A stretch of DNA of 57,202 nucleotides, counting the filler, from Perkinsus olseni (Eukaryota): NCBI GenBank assembly GCA_013115125.1. It is 4 parts of 4 records of this genome, joined end to end, with 100 filler letters (N's around TTAATTAATTAA, not from the genome) between each part and the next. Parts side by side here need not be neighbours in the genome. Positions count along the whole stretch, not along the records: positions 43,082 to 57,202 come from JABANN010000736.1; 3 more parts are not named here. One strand, written 5' to 3'. Shown one piece after another: positions 55,759 to 57,202 of the stretch (its first letter is position 1; every line of letters begins with the position of its first letter). A model generated the notes under the pieces. That model made no database searches, was not told where the DNA came from, and saw nothing but the letters and a program-made list of their open reading frames with translations. A program made the position numbers and the translations under genes.

Positions 55759-57202
55759 GAAGCGGTAATTATCACAACTTGAGACGGTCCATCAGGACGG
55801 GAGGACTACCTCACCCTCGAACCGCGTCCGAAATGACCCCTACCAGCCACGGTTGTCGTTAAGATCCATCGGGAGCGTTCGGTGAAACCTATCACAAAAT
55901 TTAGAACAGCTTAATCAGTAGCTCATCCGTTGCGAGGGCTTCCAATGCCATGTTTCAAACGGCCTTCGGGATGACCGCTGGTAGCCCCGATTGTTGTGCA
56001 TGAAACCCATGACAGGATTTGGATAAGTACAATCATCATCTGCCCTATACGTTAGGAGCTCCTGCCACTCAAGGCAGGACCGTACATGAGTTCCTCAGCC
56101 GATTGAAGCTTTCCTTATACATAAGGCTGTACATGGTACAATCGCCGCGTCTCTCAGCAAGAAAACCGCCGGCTGTCACGGCACAATACCCAATAGTGAT
56201 CTTCAAAACTCTTCCAAGAGTTTCTCAGCAAGTAAGGCACTTCCCCTCATGACCTGGGAGGCATAGGAGCGTGACGCCCATTGCCACCTTGCTTGGAATG
56301 AGGACGTTGAGGAATGGAAGACCCTAGGACAATTATCATAGGATTCCCAACACTTGTAAAAATTGAGAAGCTGCAACTTCTAAGTTACCAAAACAGTTTT
56401 GCTTGGCTGTCTTTGTGCACGCGTACGTGTTGTCGTGTCGGCTGTCGCTCGCCACGCAATGTATTGTGATATTGTCTACTGCTAGGCTTAAGTGATTTAC
56501 CATTGATCTGTTCAAACGTTATTGAGATTCACTTCTCCTATATCTGGGTACTGTGTTCCCTGGATTACAGTACGCAAGATTCGTGTCGACTCGCCGCTGG
56601 GACGCTCACTCCGCTCAAAATCGCGGGTGTTTATCTTGCCACTAAAAAAAGCTCCTGAGTATTGATATCGGCCCCACATGGCTATCTCATAGGACTGTTC
56701 CCTCAGGACCCTAAACTTGAAGATTCCCATGAAATAGGGTCCAGGATTGAAATTAACGCGTGAAGATATTCCAGCAGGAATATCCGCTCTTGGAATTAAG
56801 AAGGGGTCTAATGAACACCAGGCATGCAGCTCCCACAGAGCATCTTAGACGACAAGGGGACTTTAGTATGCAAGCCAGGGACGTTACGAATCGTGTGGTC
56901 ACGTCTTAAGATGGGTGTCACTGTTGACCATTTGGAAACTCAAGCCAATGATGGAATTCTGCCAATAATGACACTCATAGAGTCATCAACCAGCGTCATA
57001 ATGTGGGCTATTCAACCTACCAACTCTGAAGCTTGGTCGATTCTCAATTCGCACTCCACGTGAAAAATTCAAGTCCAGGATCGATTCTGCTGAGTTCCAG
57101 GTTTAGTTTAATAGATGGGGGGGACATAGTGGGCATGATACAATTCGGCAACTTTGCTCGTCGCAACTTTAGGTCACGTTGCCCAGACGTGCCTCAGCGC
57201 AC

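Noticed and set aside
1-57202. CRISPR array or rRNA
   Set aside because: No regular repeat-spacer structure or rRNA-like sequence seen.

Overview
Eukaryotic, gene-dense protist DNA with many short GT-AG introns. The gene content and the tRNA-targeting element suggest a Perkinsus-like alveolate (inference). The window is four contigs joined by artificial N44-TTAATTAATTAA-N44 linkers. Contig 1 (1-14355): class-V aminotransferase/cysteine-desulfurase-like gene, a palindrome-rich intergenic region, a 151-bp inverted repeat, a Pho87/SLC13-type transporter, and a REV1-like BRCT + C-terminal-domain protein with no polymerase domain. Contig 2 (14456-28685): transporter cluster (two CRT-like, one ENT with an in-frame stop, two cationic amino acid transporters). 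Contig 3 (28786-42981): six intronless zinc-independent MDR/quinone-oxidoreductase paralogs, an NAA50-like acetyltransferase and a hypothetical gene. Contig 4 (43082-57202): a tRNA-Ser/tRNA-Arg cluster in which tRNA-Arg(ACG) is split at its A-box by two tandem copies (1983-bp period) of a Dada-like element encoding a zinc-finger protein with no recognisable DDE core, followed by a patatin phospholipase, EMC8/9, frataxin and an Lnt-like CN-hydrolase. All calls were made by eye; no database searches were run.
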